DNA of 64,000 nucleotides from Amoebidium appalachense (taxonomy: Eukaryota > Protista > Ichthyosporea). Each line of letters starts with the position of its first letter. The first letter of the stretch is position 1. Location of the stretch: the NCBI GenBank assembly GCA_963693365.1, contig CAVNZM010000004.1, forward strand, positions 3,586,047 to 3,650,046, given 5' to 3'. Positions 1-28,846 of the stretch are shown piece by piece. Below the pieces are notes generated by a model. That model had not been told where the DNA came from, did no database searches, and saw only the letters and a program-made list of their open reading frames with translations. The position numbers and the translations under genes are program-made.

Positions 1-115
1 CTCCCCCCCCCCCCCCCCCTCCCCCCACTAAACCCCCCCACCCAACCCCACCTTCCCCAATAACTACACAACACACACAGCAAGGGGATTGGGGGGTGGG
101 GGGGCGTTGGCCCCT

Positions 116-148
<33 letters not shown>

Positions 149-404
149 CTAAACACCAGCCCACCCTGTACTGCACTTACTTCTGTGGATTGACTGTACC
201 ACATACTTGACCCCGCCCCTCCCCCCACCCCCGAGAATATTGGATGTGGTGTGCATGTATATGCGTATGTTATCAGTAAGTAAAAAAGGTGCTGCACAAT
301 GTTCTTTTCTCTATTTTTGTTCCATGATTTTTGTCTACCTCAACCCTCCACATGCATACACATGAACACACGTGCTGGCACGCACAAACACAAACACATC
401 CAGG

Positions 405-502
<98 letters not shown>

Positions 503-503
503 A

Positions 504-611
<108 letters not shown>

Positions 612-793
612 GCCTGACTGCTGAGCACAAAAAAAGACCAGCATAGCCAACTGAATAAGACACTAGTGTTTGATACTTAAACGACGCCTATGAGTACATG
701 CCATGGGTGAACCTGTTTTCAATGGGTTAGGCTACCCAGTCAACGTACTGTTTGCACACGTCAATCTCTGACTGTGATATTCTCCTTCCCCAG

Positions 794-10876
<10,083 letters not shown>

Positions 10877-11126
10877 TTTGTGTGTGCTTGTTTCTCGAGC
10901 TCTGGGTGTCCGTATACGTGCACTGTCAGACGTACGCGTGTGTGCGTGTGTGTTCAACTTGTGTGTGTACATGCCCGACTCTGTGCGCGTGTACGTGGGT
11001 GCAGGCCTTTCGAGTGTACATGTGTGTGTGTGTGTGTGACTGTTTGTCAACGGCATGTAGTTATGATGGTGCTCTCGTAATCGAAGAAATCACCCGCGCG
11101 TGCGGCATGGAATTACACGGGTGCGG

Positions 11127-11158
<32 letters not shown>

Positions 11159-12707
11159 CATTGTGTGCACGCGACAGTGCAGTCTTGCACACAGCATGCG
11201 AATGCATGTGTACTGAGCGGAATATCATTTGAAGACAGAAGGTTTTGTGCCGGAACCGTGCGAAAAAGCTGTACTAAATACACCACATGTTGGTTACATT
11301 TGCTGTTTCATCTACTATGATAGCCCTGTACCCGCCAGGGACTTTAACTTTCCTTTAGCATTTTACCACCCAAAACATACAATACATCTGTACACTCAAA
11401 AAGGCTGTAGAAGTAAATAAGAAATGAAACATAGGACCAGCAAAACTATATAGGGTGAAACATATCACACAGATACACAGGGAGACCACTCGATCGGTAC
11501 TTACAGCCCAGACACACTATGTACACAGTACATAGCCCCTGTTCATATCTTCCTCAAAAAAAACAAAAAAAAGAAAAAAAAATAAGAAAAGCAAAGGGAG
11601 AAGGGGACTCTTTTTAACGCCATTAGGCTTTCCCCCGTGGAAAAGAGAGCAAGTGCAACTACATTATTTAAGACTGAAATCAGAAAATCACAAGGAAAAA
11701 CAAAAAAAAATGTTGACCTACGTGCATAGGTGAACCACAAACGGAAACACACACACAGGTTCAATGATCCGAAAAACATCACACTTGGAACCACCGTATT
11801 CACCTGTTAGACTTAGGCATAACGGGTGTATCTGCATGTGGGGCAAAAGAAAAATTCCCACCTAATTACTATAGTTCCTTGCAGAATATGACATCTTTCG
11901 CCCTGCTAAACATATATTTACACATTTGTCAACCGAAAAACCAATCTCAACCAAAATATCTCGCAGGTGTAAATCGCCAAGAAAAGTGCCTAATTAAAAA
12001 GGGACGTGAATAGTGCGGTCTACGAGCCTTACTATCGCCATACTTAACATCTTAACATGGTAGCTGTGAATGGTCATTTCCTGTACATGCAATGCATGAC
12101 TTACGTTGGTGTAGCCGAGCACTGAGGTCTCTCATCCCACCATATGTCGGGCACCTGCAGATGAACAACACTGTCAGCAACTTGACACCAACACACACGC
12201 GCACACACACACATGCACACATACGGCCACAAGCACACACACACACACGCGCGCGCGTGAGCACATCGCTTCCTCCCCCTGCCCATAATCAACCCCAAAC
12301 ACACAGTCTTCCAACATTGTTTTTAAATCCCACACAACCATACACGACCCCCTGGGTGTGTGTGTGGGAGGGTTTGGGGGGGAGGGAGGGGGGAGGCAGG
12401 GTGCAGTAGGAACTGTGTGCTGGTGAGCATGCATAGTAGCGTGGTATGTGTGTGTCTGCCTTTCTTGTGAATATGTCTGTGTGTGTCCGCATGCGAGCAT
12501 AGTGAGGCACACCTTGTGTGCATGCATGTGTTAGCCATCTCCAACACACACACACACACACACACATACACACACACACACACACAAAAAAAAAAAAAGA
12601 ACCAAAAAAACCAGAAATCGACACCAATACACAGATTGAAGTCGAAAAGGGTGGAGCAAACAAGTAAGCAGAGTAAAAGAGGAGAAGCCGAAGGGGGGGG
12701 GGGGGAA

Positions 12708-12782
<75 letters not shown>

Positions 12783-12902
12783 TGTGTGTGTGTGTGTGTG
12801 TATGTGTGTGTGTTGGGGGGGGAGAGGGGGGGTGGGGGGGGGTGGGGGGAGGGGGGAAGGGGAGGGAGAAGAGGAGGACGAAAACCCACCTGCCACAAAC
12901 AC

Positions 12903-13459
12903 CTATGCCTCATCCTTAGGCCAGTTATCTGGTGCAGGAGTACCATCTCCCATATCCCTATAGTACCTCAACCCGCTCTGCCTAACATAGTCTTTATCAA
13001 GTAAAAATTTCCGCGCATTTTCATTCATCGAACAATACACCCCGTTAGGAGCTTTAAGCGTGTGCGAGAGCACGTCCATGTGCGTGTAGAAGCTGCTACA
13101 TTCGAAACCCTGTGTCAAATCCTGCAGCACACACGTAGCAATGTGCTTGTTCGTTGGGTTCACCTGGGTCGATTGAGGAATCGTAAGAATGTGTTCGGTC
13201 TCGTTTGCACGTATGCGTCGTGCCCCAAAAACCCTAATCCCGACCAGAACCAACAAAGCCTTATAGACAGCTAAACGACATATCAACAAACCCAGTCTTC
13301 CTATCTCCGGGCGGGCTGGGAGGGGGGGGGGGGGGGGGGGGAGGGGATAAGTACATACACTAGCCCGCTTGCCTTCAAGAAGAATTGGGTACACACAACT
13401 CGAACACACACACGCTGAGTCACAAACAAGCACATTCATTAAAACACACACGCACACGC

Positions 13460-13499
<40 letters not shown>

Positions 13500-14572
13500 C
13501 GACAGTACATACCAGTGGGCTTGCAATGTACTCAACAATCGGCATCCACATGCACGCTTCGATCTCCCGCCTACAGTGCGTAATATCCGTATTGATCGCC
13601 CTGAGCAGAGCAACAAAGTACAAATCATCTCGACCAAAGCTGTAGTTATGTTTTTCACGGAACCCGACAAAGCTCACAAACTCTGCCGTGACACCTGTTT
13701 CCTCCAGCACTTCTCTTACTGCCGTGCTCTTTAGATCCTCCCCGACGTCCGATAGGCCGCCGGGTAGCTTCCAGTGGTCTTTATCGCGATAACGCTCCTT
13801 CACGACAAGCATTTCCTTCCTGGAAAAAGGAGAAAAAGAAAAAGAACAGGGAAATGGTCAGTTCCATCTAAAGGCTGCCAGTCTAGTTTTGCTGCAAACC
13901 ATCTGCAGAGGTGTGACCAAAAAAAAAAAAACGAGTGGATGACCTTTAGGAGCCATAGGGGGGGAGTAGCTTCGCGTAATAGTTATACACGCGCTGACAT
14001 GTTACCATGGAAAACCTCGAGACATCAGCCGTTGTGTCCTATATACACACCCACCTGTCATTCACGACGAACCCCCCTACACCTATATAATGATGGGCGT
14101 ACGTCGGCAAGCGGCTCTCCTCGTCGGTAGGAAGCCATTTTGTGAGCATAACGTAGCCGGGCTGTGCATGATGGAAATCAAAACCAGACTGTGTGGCAGC
14201 GCCCACCAAGTGACCGTGGGATTTGGGAATGCTAAGCCAAATACCCCGCCTCCTCTCTAGTTTCCACTGCTGGATCGACGCCTGAAGAATGGTTAGAAAA
14301 TGGTTAACCGAAGTTGACTGATCCACTTCTTCCTCGACTTTCACCGTAACACCTCGGTAGGGATCCGGTTTCCCCTCCAGAAGCGACAAGCCGGGCTCAA
14401 ACAACTCGAGTTGGTTCTGTGGGGCCCTCTCAGCCATCATGTGTTGTCTGAATGCTAGCTGGACCGGAAAAATGGGCCGGTTGGCCGTAACGAGCGTGCC
14501 GTGTGTGCTTCTACTAACCCTACAGCACTGCGCCGCCGAAACAGCACGCAGCGCTCTGGCAATTGAATGCAT
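12903..14572 (-). CDS. Nudix hydrolase, NUDT6-like (N-terminal pre-Nudix domain + Nudix domain), probable mitochondrial presequence
   Basis: Exons 14572-14055, 13819-13513 and 13163-12903, with matching phases. Contains the Nudix box GGLSDVGEDLKSTAVREVLEETGV and the NUDT6-family motifs RGIWLSIP, GFDFHHAQPGYVMLTKWLP and RLPTYAHHYIGVGGFVVN. The N-terminus MHSIARALRAVSAAQCCRVSRS is Arg/Ala/Ser-rich and lacks acidic residues. Confidence 0.92.
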
Positions 14573-16982
14573 CAAGGTGTTATGTCTGGGAACAAAAGTG
14601 GGCGGCCAAAAAGAAAACAGAAGTAAAAGAAAATGTTGATGGAATAGAAGCGTTGATGCAATAATGGCCTTCCCAGTCTCGGCAGCAACAACGCAAATAA
14701 CTGCCTTGGTGTGTGTACTACCTTGCACTGATAACTGGCTACTTCGAGTTCGCTATGCCACGGAAGATCAATGCTCTGAAGTGGGCACACAACAAGCATT
14801 CTTCAGGGGCGAAAACGGAAAGCCTTGAGGCAAAGGCAGACCCTCTAAAACACTACACTTTCACATACATACGTTTACGACCGCCGAGCTAAGTAAATGT
14901 AGGAATACTAAAGCAATCTCTTCCCAGAGTAGACGTCGACTTGACAGGGTGCCACGTAAATTCGTTTTTGGAACTTCGACGTCAGGAATCTTCCAAGCGG
15001 GCATGGGCCGCGCATTCATGGCATAAGCAAAATCTGCTTATGATCCTGAACCAATGGTTATCGGAATCTTTGGGTGCAACTCAACTCAAGGCTTTTTGGC
15101 ATAAGGCCTAGTTTTGGTTACTGATGTCTATAGACCAATTTAGATTTACTATTTGAGAATCTCAATGTGTTTGCTTCGCTCTAGGGAGATCCAGCCAGCC
15201 GAACTGGCGAAATGAAGGGCTGAGTGATCGGCGGTCATATACCAAATCCAAATCAATAGTATAGAAAAGAGGTTTTGCTCCATTAATAAATAACTTGATA
15301 AACAAAGCGACAAGCAATTCTTGTATAAGCAACATGGGGTGTCTGGCGCCTATTTCGTAGCGAAAACAGGCAAAAACCATAATTTCATCATAGACGATCG
15401 ACCTCGAGGCAAGGTGGTAAGAGGCTATGCAAGACGGGTTTTGATGATTTTAGCGATGTAGGCGTTGTCCGAGCACCCCGACTGCTTATATCATTTTTGC
15501 GCGCCTTTTTATTTCCTAAAACTTTTTCTTATGGACGAAAACCAGCTTTCTAAGTAAAATCGGGGCCTAACTGCTTTTGAGAGGCTGTCGGTCTGAGATT
15601 TTGGCCTGTCGGCCCTTACCTTGGCCCTTACTTTTGGCGCGACCAATCACAAGATTCGAATTGTTCCGGTGAGCCATATAAGGTTAGGCAGAATTTGAAA
15701 AAAAACATTTCTAAACCGGTCTACATATTAAGTATTTCTTTCAGACTATAAAAGTTGATTTGAACGTTTTTATGAGGCTTTGAAACACTACAAGTTCCGT
15801 GATGATGAGACATTACGAGTGCGTATCGACCGGCGGGGGTAACGGTTTCTTAAAGATGATTGGTCCAAATGATGTGGCGGCGTACAGTGGCGCCTGATTG
15901 GTGTGACCAGTTTACATCATGCGTTGACCATTAACAATGAAAAAGATTGGAAAAGGGAGAAAAGCACACTTTTGGCATGTGCAATTGCGAATCAATTTCA
16001 TACTATTTTATATATGTATTTTCTTATGTGCTATCATAAAAGAAATTTACATTACCAGCTGTGCAGTCACAAAATGTACGACTGACTCTCGAGAGTTCGA
16101 AATGGAACTTTCATTAGAAGGAGTCAAACAGCCATGCACGTCCATATATATAGCACTACGAAAGTAGACTGTATGTAGCAGTATGTAACATAGTAAGTGG
16201 CAGTGATATTTCTACACCCATACTCGGCTTTATATCATACGTATTTGTTCGTAAAACACGTGTATCGTGAATGGAAAACACGCGGGTTATGAGCCAGATT
16301 TGGAGCATCAAATCCCGATTGGTTACTCAATAACGGCTTTTTTTGAATCACTCGGCGTTGATTGGTTGACTGAACCATTGGCTTTTTGGTGGTGTGATTT
16401 TTTTTGTTTACATTCGTTTTTTGTTTTCAAATCGTTTGCCGTTAGACTGTGAAGCATTATGCAAAATTCCACCGGCATATGCTTACTGATACAGGTGGGC
16501 AAGTGTGAGAATGTGTTTCTGTGCGTGCACCTGAGTGTGTATGTGTACATGTGTGCCAGAGCTTCCTGTGTATGTACATGCACATGTGTGTGCCGGCCGC
16601 AGACGCGGTGACTGGCGTACGTGCGCATTTGACTGTGTTTTTGTAAGCATATGATGCGCAGTGTGAGGCTGCAATTGTGCCACAGTGTACGTTGTGGCCG
16701 GATCACAAGTTGCCGGTGTGTGTGTATGCGTGTGTGTGCGGTGTACGTGTGTGTGTGCGTACGTGTCCTGACGTGTGTGTGTGCGCGCGCGTGTGTGTGC
16801 GTGACACTGTATTAATGTATGCGTGTGCGTGCGTGCGATCTGTGTGCAAGTGTGGGCGCCCCACTGGGCACTGGTGACTCCACGGAGGCTCCAGTGGCCC
16901 ATCTTGCAAACATACCCCCACCCACTCCTACGGATTCTGGTACCTTGACAATGTGTATACACTAAGTAATCCCTCCAAATCA

Positions 16983-17054
<72 letters not shown>

Positions 17055-17651
17055 ACATGGTGGCACAGGCACACGCACGGGCACAGACACCGTGTCGGCC
17101 ACGCACGTTGTGTGTTTGATTCGCGCGCACTGTACCGTACCACCTCCTTCCCCACGTTCCCCGGCCGCCCGCATATCCGCATGCGCATGCAACGGGCACA
17201 CCACTGTGCCAGTGTGCTTGGCATGCCAATTGCATATGCAACCGCAAACAATTCAATGAGTGGTGGACGCGTTGTAGCGTGTGTGCGAGTTAGCTAGCTA
17301 TAGACTAAGTGCTGTAGCCTACTAGGCCCAGCGATATCCTCCGCCCGGCGGTGGGGGGAGCCGTCGGCCGCGCGGGGCCCCGGGGGGGGGGGGGGGGGGG
17401 GGGGGGGGTCCAATGCATGGGTATCCAAGTATGCATATCCGGGCCGGGGGAGGGGGGGAGGGGGGGGGGGGGGGGGGGGAAGGGGGCACCATCGAACCCA
17501 GCCTACGGGCACCTAGGCCTTGAACCCCCACGCTCAATGAAGTATTGTTTTAAACGAACTTCTATGACATGTATCATACAGGTTTTTTAACAGATATCGA
17601 TATTCGGGATATGGTGGGCTAGATATGTTCCTATCGATAAGAAGACTGGAT

Positions 17652-18115
17652 TTTAACTTCAAAACATACAGGCTGCGAGATTCATGCAGATGCAGACAAG
17701 GAGGGAAACCGCTACGTCAGGTCATACATACAAATTGAAAACACAAAATTCGCATCAAAACACCAGTTTAGTCAATATACCAGTGAGATGGATAGCGCTC
17801 GTCAGGTCATACATCAAATTGAAAACACAAAATTCGCATCAAAACACCAGTTTAGTCAATATACCAGTGAGATGGATAGCGCTTGCAATTGGAATTAATC
17901 ACACCGAATTTGGTAAACTTTCCATTTAACTTCAAAACATACAGGCCGCGAGATTCATGCAGATGCAGACAAGGAGGGAAACCGCTACGTCAGGTCATAC
18001 ATACAAATTGAAAACACAAAATTCGCATCAAAACACCAGTTTAGTCAATATACTAGTGAGATGGATAGCGCTTGCAATTGGAATAAATCACACGAATTTC
18101 GTAAACTTTCCCATT
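17652..18115. repeat. Compound tandem duplication (blocks A-B-B-C-A-B-C)
   Basis: An ~84-bp block (cgtcaggtcatacat...gagatggatagcgct) occurs three times, at ~17715, ~17800 and ~17987. The block tttaacttcaaaacatacagg...gagggaaaccgcta occurs at ~17652 and ~17925. The block tgcaattggaat...taaactttcc occurs at ~17884 and ~18073. Confidence 0.9.
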
Positions 18116-18348
18116 TGTCCAAGTTGCCATTGACATGTACAGTATATAGTTCATGTATATGTGCCTGTGGGTGGCATACGACATTCGCTATGCATATTCC
18201 GTGATTTTGATAGGTCGGGATTTTTACATTTAGGATATCTGGGATATGTACACGAATTTTACTACGCATTCAGACACTATTTATCCTAAGCCTGTGAACT
18301 TTCGGCATGGTGTTTCACATGGAAAAGTGCGAGTCTGCTCATATCAGG

Positions 18349-23004
<4,656 letters not shown>

Positions 23005-24511
23005 CGTCGAATCATGTTTCAAAACAAAAAGGAGGAGGAGGAGGAGGGAGGAAGAAAAAGGCACAAAAAGGAGAAAAAAGAGGGCTGGGTGGTGGGACAC
23101 AGGGAAGGGGTAGAGGGGGGAAGGGGGAGAGGGAAAAAAGGGGAAAAGAGAGGGGGGAGGGGGGAGGAGGGAGGTGTGTGTGGGTGGGTGGGGGGTGGGT
23201 GGGTGGGGGGGGGGGGGGGATGTGTATGGGTGTATTTGGGGGGTGAGGGGGTAGGGTGGGTAGGGGTGTGGTTGGGTTGGTGGGGGGGAGCTATACGGAG
23301 AAAGAATGCCGCATCAGCAAAATGGAGGAGAGCCCGGAGGGTGGAGGAGGGGGGCCTAAACGATGTACGGAGGACCCTGAGTGGGAAAGAAATACGAGAG
23401 AGGGAGAGGTGTGTGTGTGTTCGTGTGTGCGGAAAAATCAGGAACGAATCGCGCCCAGGTATGAGACTCCTATTGAGAAAAAAATAGTGCAGAATCTCCA
23501 ACGCTATGTAGATAGGTCCTCTGATCTCGTTTATTCCTTGTCGATCTGTGGGTGAGGGCCAGAAAGATGAGAAAGAGAGCCTCGAATGGAGGTAGAGACA
23601 TAAGGAGCACAAGGCAGGGCCCTTGAGGGGGGAAGGAGTGGTGTGAGTAAGATGAGGTTTGTGTGGGGGTGGGGGGGGGGGGGGGGGGGGGAGGGGGGGA
23701 GGGGGAGGGGGAGGGGGAGGGGCAGTAAGAAGCAAAGCTGGGACGTGTGGGCTGGTGTGAAGTGTTCTCCCGGGTGGGGAGGGGGGGGGGGAGGGGGGGG
23801 GAGGGGGGGGGGAGGGGGGTTTGTGGTGGATATTTCTATTGCTTAACAAAACCAAACTATCGTGCTAAAACGGAAAACGTAGATTACGAGGATGATGGGG
23901 ATGGTGAGAGGAAATTCTAGCTAAGCAGGAGAGAGGACAGCACCAGAGTCACGGGTGAAGAAGACAACTTAATGGTGTAAAAGCGGGGATCGAAGGAAAG
24001 AGAAGGAGTATCTCGAAAAAAGCTGGAATCGAAGGGGACGAGACACGCAGGGAGAGAGAGCTATAGGCCGGGGGAGGGGGGGGGGGGGGGGGGGGGGGGG
24101 AGGGGGGGGCGTGTATGTGGCGGCTTGGGAAGCACAACATTACACCAGATGTAAGCATACCTTATACGTGCAGGGTAGGCCTTCAGCGGCATAAACATGC
24201 GCGGTTCAGTTTCGTCAGTCTAAAAGTCACAATGGGTGAGCCCGGGAAGAAATCTGACCAAAAAAAAAAAAGGGGGGGCATAGGGAACTGAAAAGAGATA
24301 TACGCCCAGGTGAACACCTGTCACGGGCCTACGCATTGATTCCGGCTGCGAACACCCGAGGTTTCATATCTCGAATATATCTATCGATGTACGCATATCT
24401 CCACATCAGCCTAAACACACTCTACAAAAAAAGTGCAAGTAAATGTTTTGGGATGTTAAGAGAAAGAAATGTGTTTGAATATACTGCAATATACAGTTCC
24501 GAAAGTCAAAT

Positions 24512-24561
<50 letters not shown>

Positions 24562-25730
24562 CGCCCTCCCCCTCCACCCGGTCGCATGGGTGACGGAGGA
24601 AGGGTCATTGCAAGGTGGGTTTCGAATTAATTTTGCATGTGATTGCCCCCCTCCCCCCCCCCCCCTCCCCCCCCCCCTCCCCCTCTTTCCCCTCTCCCCC
24701 CCCCTCTCCCACCCACCCACCCACAAAAAAATCAAAGCAAAAAAACAAACAGAAAAAAGAACAAGAACAGGAGAAGGAATAGGGGGTATCTGAAGGAGGG
24801 AACAAGAGGGGAGGGGTAGAAGAGGGGGGGGGGAGGGGGAGGGGGGAAAATATATATAGAGAGAGAGAGAGAGGGAGAGAGAGAAAGGGGGGGGGGGGGG
24901 GGGGAGGGGAGGGAGAGAGGCAGGGAGGGGGGGGGGAGGATGAGAGAGAAGGGGGGGTGGGGGGGAGGAAGAGCCTAAGTGAGAGAGAGGAGAGATTTTA
25001 GAAGAAGAAGAACATCAGGAAAATTGAGTTTGAAAAGCCGAATTCGGAAGTGATACATAATCCACTGCTCGTGTCTCATCAACCGCCGTATATGTGTGTG
25101 TGTGTTGGGTGGGTGGGTGGAGGCGACGGCAGCGTGGGAGGGGGAGGGGGGAGGGGGGGGCAAGTCAAAAATTTTGTGTGATTTTCCAAACGGTGAGCAA
25201 CTTGCAACTTGCACGGACTTTGTGTAAAGTTTCTTGGAGTTGTAAATACTATTAGCTGTTTGTCACGGAAAGTTCAAAATGGGGAAAAGACAAAAGCAAA
25301 TGGCATGTGTAGACCGAAAAAAGGGGGAGAATTGTATGTAGCCGAAGTTTCTTTTCCTGTTTTGCAAGGCTTTATAACTCTCCCCTCACACTTGCATTCG
25401 TTAGTTGGTGGTTCAAGGTTCCGGCATCAGAGCTTTTGTCTTGTCTTTGATTTGGAGAAAAAAACAGATTGCAACACGACTGCACACAGATTACTGTAGC
25501 AGCACTCGTTCCGTGTGTGTGTGTGTACACGCGAGCGTGTGCACGCACGCACGCACACACACACAGACGCACACATACACATTCGCGCACATACGCACCC
25601 ACATACAAATTTACACCACACGTGCCCGCACACACACACATAGACACGTGTGCGCGCGCACACACACACACACACATACACACGCACACACACACCACAC
25701 ACACACAAGCACACACATGTGACACACGCA

Positions 25731-25793
<63 letters not shown>

Positions 25794-25819
25794 GCGCGCA
25801 AACACACACACGTGACACA

Positions 25820-25916
<97 letters not shown>

Positions 25917-26257
25917 ACGTGACACACACACACACACACCGTGATAAGAACAAAACACAGTCAGACACCGTACAGTTAGCATATCATCTGGTTCACGTGT
26001 GTTGGGTTTGGCTGGTGCTAACTGTGTGTGCTCAGTACAGGAAACCAAAGAACACAAGGCCTTGGACAATAGGCACCAGAGCTCATATATTTATATTATA
26101 TACCGCAAACCCCCCTCCCCCCCCTTCCCCCCCCCCTCCCCTCCCCCCCCCCCTCCCCCCCTCCCCCCCCCCCCCCCCCCCCCATAGGGTTTGCAGACCT
26201 GAGATTCTTGCCGAGGGGAGAGGGGGGGTGGAGGGGGGGACGTTTTGACGTCTACCC

Positions 26258-26335
26258 TACCAAAACTTTAAGGCGGTGATTCTGAATATGACCTGATGTG
26301 GTCATATTCAGAATCACTGCCTTAAAGTTTTGGTA
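26258..26335. other. Near-perfect inverted repeat (36-bp stem, 6-nt loop); pre-miRNA-like or MITE-like
   Basis: Arm taccaaaactttaaggcggtgattctgaatatgacc, loop tgatgt, arm ggtcatattcagaatcactgccttaaagttttggta. 35 of 36 pairs are Watson-Crick; the other is G-T on +. Confidence 0.85.
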
Positions 26336-28433
26336 TGTACCGGCCCAAGGAGCCTTATACACCTACTTTCTAAGCCCGTCAAACAGACATGGCAGAACGA
26401 TAGGACTATCATAACACTTTATAAACAGACTAGGTGTGCTTGTGTTGATTTTCAAGGATCTCAAAGGCTAGGTGGGTCCGGTTACGATATTTCCCTGTTG
26501 GGTGAATCAGATGGGGGTCTAACGTAGTGTGGTGGGCTGTGGAGGTGGGGTTGCCAAGTGAGGTGGGAAGGTGTGTCTAGTATCCCATGTCCTGTAGTGA
26601 GGTTGTATTGGGGTTTGGAATTTTTTATTAACGTCACTTCTTGGACCGTCACCGCTGTTTTCTGGATGGGTACCAGCCCCAGAGAAGCAGGGAGCATACT
26701 CAACAAACCGGGAAAACTGAATTTGCAATACCGTATGCACTTGAACTATCAACACAAACACACCATATCATAGTACTGGGGTAGGAGCTAATTGGTGCGT
26801 GATGGTGTGGGTAGGCTGTGGGGTTGTGAACATTTGTTGGTGTGGGCTGTTTGTTATTCAAATGATAAATTGGATATTTACGCGGTGACAATGTAGCACT
26901 CGAAAGTGTTCAACTTGCAGCTATGTAGGTAAGAGTGGATGGCGGGTGCTGGAGCTTTAATAGTAGATAGCTGTAGTGTAGGGTGCGTGTGTCGGCTAGG
27001 TGGTACATGCAGGTTACATGTACAGTCCATATCATTTGGTGTCAAGCGTGTTTGGATAAGCACGTGTGTCGTTGCTTGTGTTTGCCCTTTTTGCGCCTTT
27101 TTTGTAGTGTCCCTCGTTTGTGTTAACGTTTGTGCTTGCGGACGTTTCTTTCTGCGGTTAATTGGCGTTGCATTACTGACCATGGGGTCGTTGTGTCCAC
27201 TGTTGTAATCACGGTGACAGATCTTCATATAAGGTTGGACTGTTTTTTGGGCTGTTTGTGAGCGTTTTTCGTGTAAGTGCTTTATAAATTTGCGACATAT
27301 ATATGTGACACGCAAGCCGTACTCCCAGTTTATACGACATTTGTGCACACCAAAAACATAAGCAGGGTGTGTGGAATAACTGTCATAGCGACGCGTGTGA
27401 AGAGTGGGTGCACACGTGCACGTGATTTTTGGCCATGCAGATGACCACATACAGGTGCCACGGATGGATCATACAGACACGTGCAAAAAGTTGACTTATC
27501 GATAGACAGAAATGATGTGTTCGATATATTGGTTGCCTGGTCTGACAGAGCTAGACTTTTGCGAGAAAAGCTAATTAACAGTGCGAGGAAAACTTGAGGG
27601 TGTACGCAAGCATATACATATATATGTATGCTCAGATGTCAGATGTAGACACACCACGCATGTACAGGTGTATGCATTATTCCTACTTTTTTTATTGTTT
27701 TATATATGCTGCACACGCACACTTTGCACGTGAAACTCAGTTGAGGGTTGTTACAACATGGATGTGTTGTTATGTACGTGGACATACGTGCACCTGCATG
27801 GGAAATTGCCGCCCGCCTTCCTACTCGTCCATTCTACCGGAAACCGGAAAAGCCGGCAGTGGGCGGCAATTCCTGGGCGACTGCTTCACACATGGCACAC
27901 GTGTGGCTTTAAAACTTGAGATCTGGCCTGGGCGAGAGTTGCCCTGGGGAACAAGGACAAGCTTTCCCTGCTTTCGCCATAAACGTGAACCATCTTACAG
28001 CCAATAGCAGCGAACCAAGGCTATGAACCAATCAGATTATAGATCCGTAGATGGCATCAACAACAAAAAGCAGAACGTGCAAAGTCAACACAGAGTTGTC
28101 AGAGGAGGCATAACTATTTATAAATATTATAGTAAATTGAGGGATAAAATGTAAGTGATATGAAAGCGTTGAAATTTCAGGTTTTTGTATTTTTTTTTTC
28201 TGTAGGCACCATACGCAGACGTGTACAAGGCGATCTCGTGAATCGACAGTGTACACAACTCTTTGTTTACGAATTCTCAGGATCTATTGTGGCATGCACG
28301 CCGCAGGGTTGCACAGATCTATTTGCCTCCACTCCTCCCGGCATATATACTTGGTAAGCAAATTCTGGGTGGGTGACTAGCGTAATCATCATTATAGGGC
28401 AAGCCCACACCAACCGTGCTATTAGTAACAAAA

Positions 28434-28467
<34 letters not shown>

Positions 28468-28846
28468 AGCAAGAGCATATTTGACCTCGGCAGGTTCAGT
28501 TCAAAAGAGAGGACTCCCACACGTAGTAGTCGAACCCTGGGTCCCTGGCTACGGCTCTGAGCGCTGCTATTGGCTCCCGAACCAATGAAGAATGTGAAAA
28601 GGTTGGCAACCTTGAACCGTGACATGGCTGGGACAATGAATTCCATGCATATCATTGATGTCGCATCCGATGTGCACGGTGGAAACCACTGAATAAGATA
28701 CTGTATGACTACGAAATAAAGTAAAAACAAAATTTTACTCTATCCCCATAGTGGTAAGAAACTTTTGCGGTTACATATGGCTCTTACTCTTTTACATTTC
28801 TACTCGTAGAATTAGGAATCTGAATAAAACGTGCACCTCTAACGAA

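Noticed and set aside
17652-18115. CRISPR-like array
   Set aside because: The repeats are long and adjacent with no unique spacers, no cas genes are present, and the context is eukaryotic.
26878-27450. 190-aa minus-strand ORF as a gene or transposase remnant
   Set aside because: No recognisable motif, no ATG start and no splice context.
27920-28022. HDV-like ribozyme (gcgaa followed by ccaagg)
   Set aside because: I could not build the nested P1/P2/P3/P1.1 double pseudoknot with an acceptable L3.
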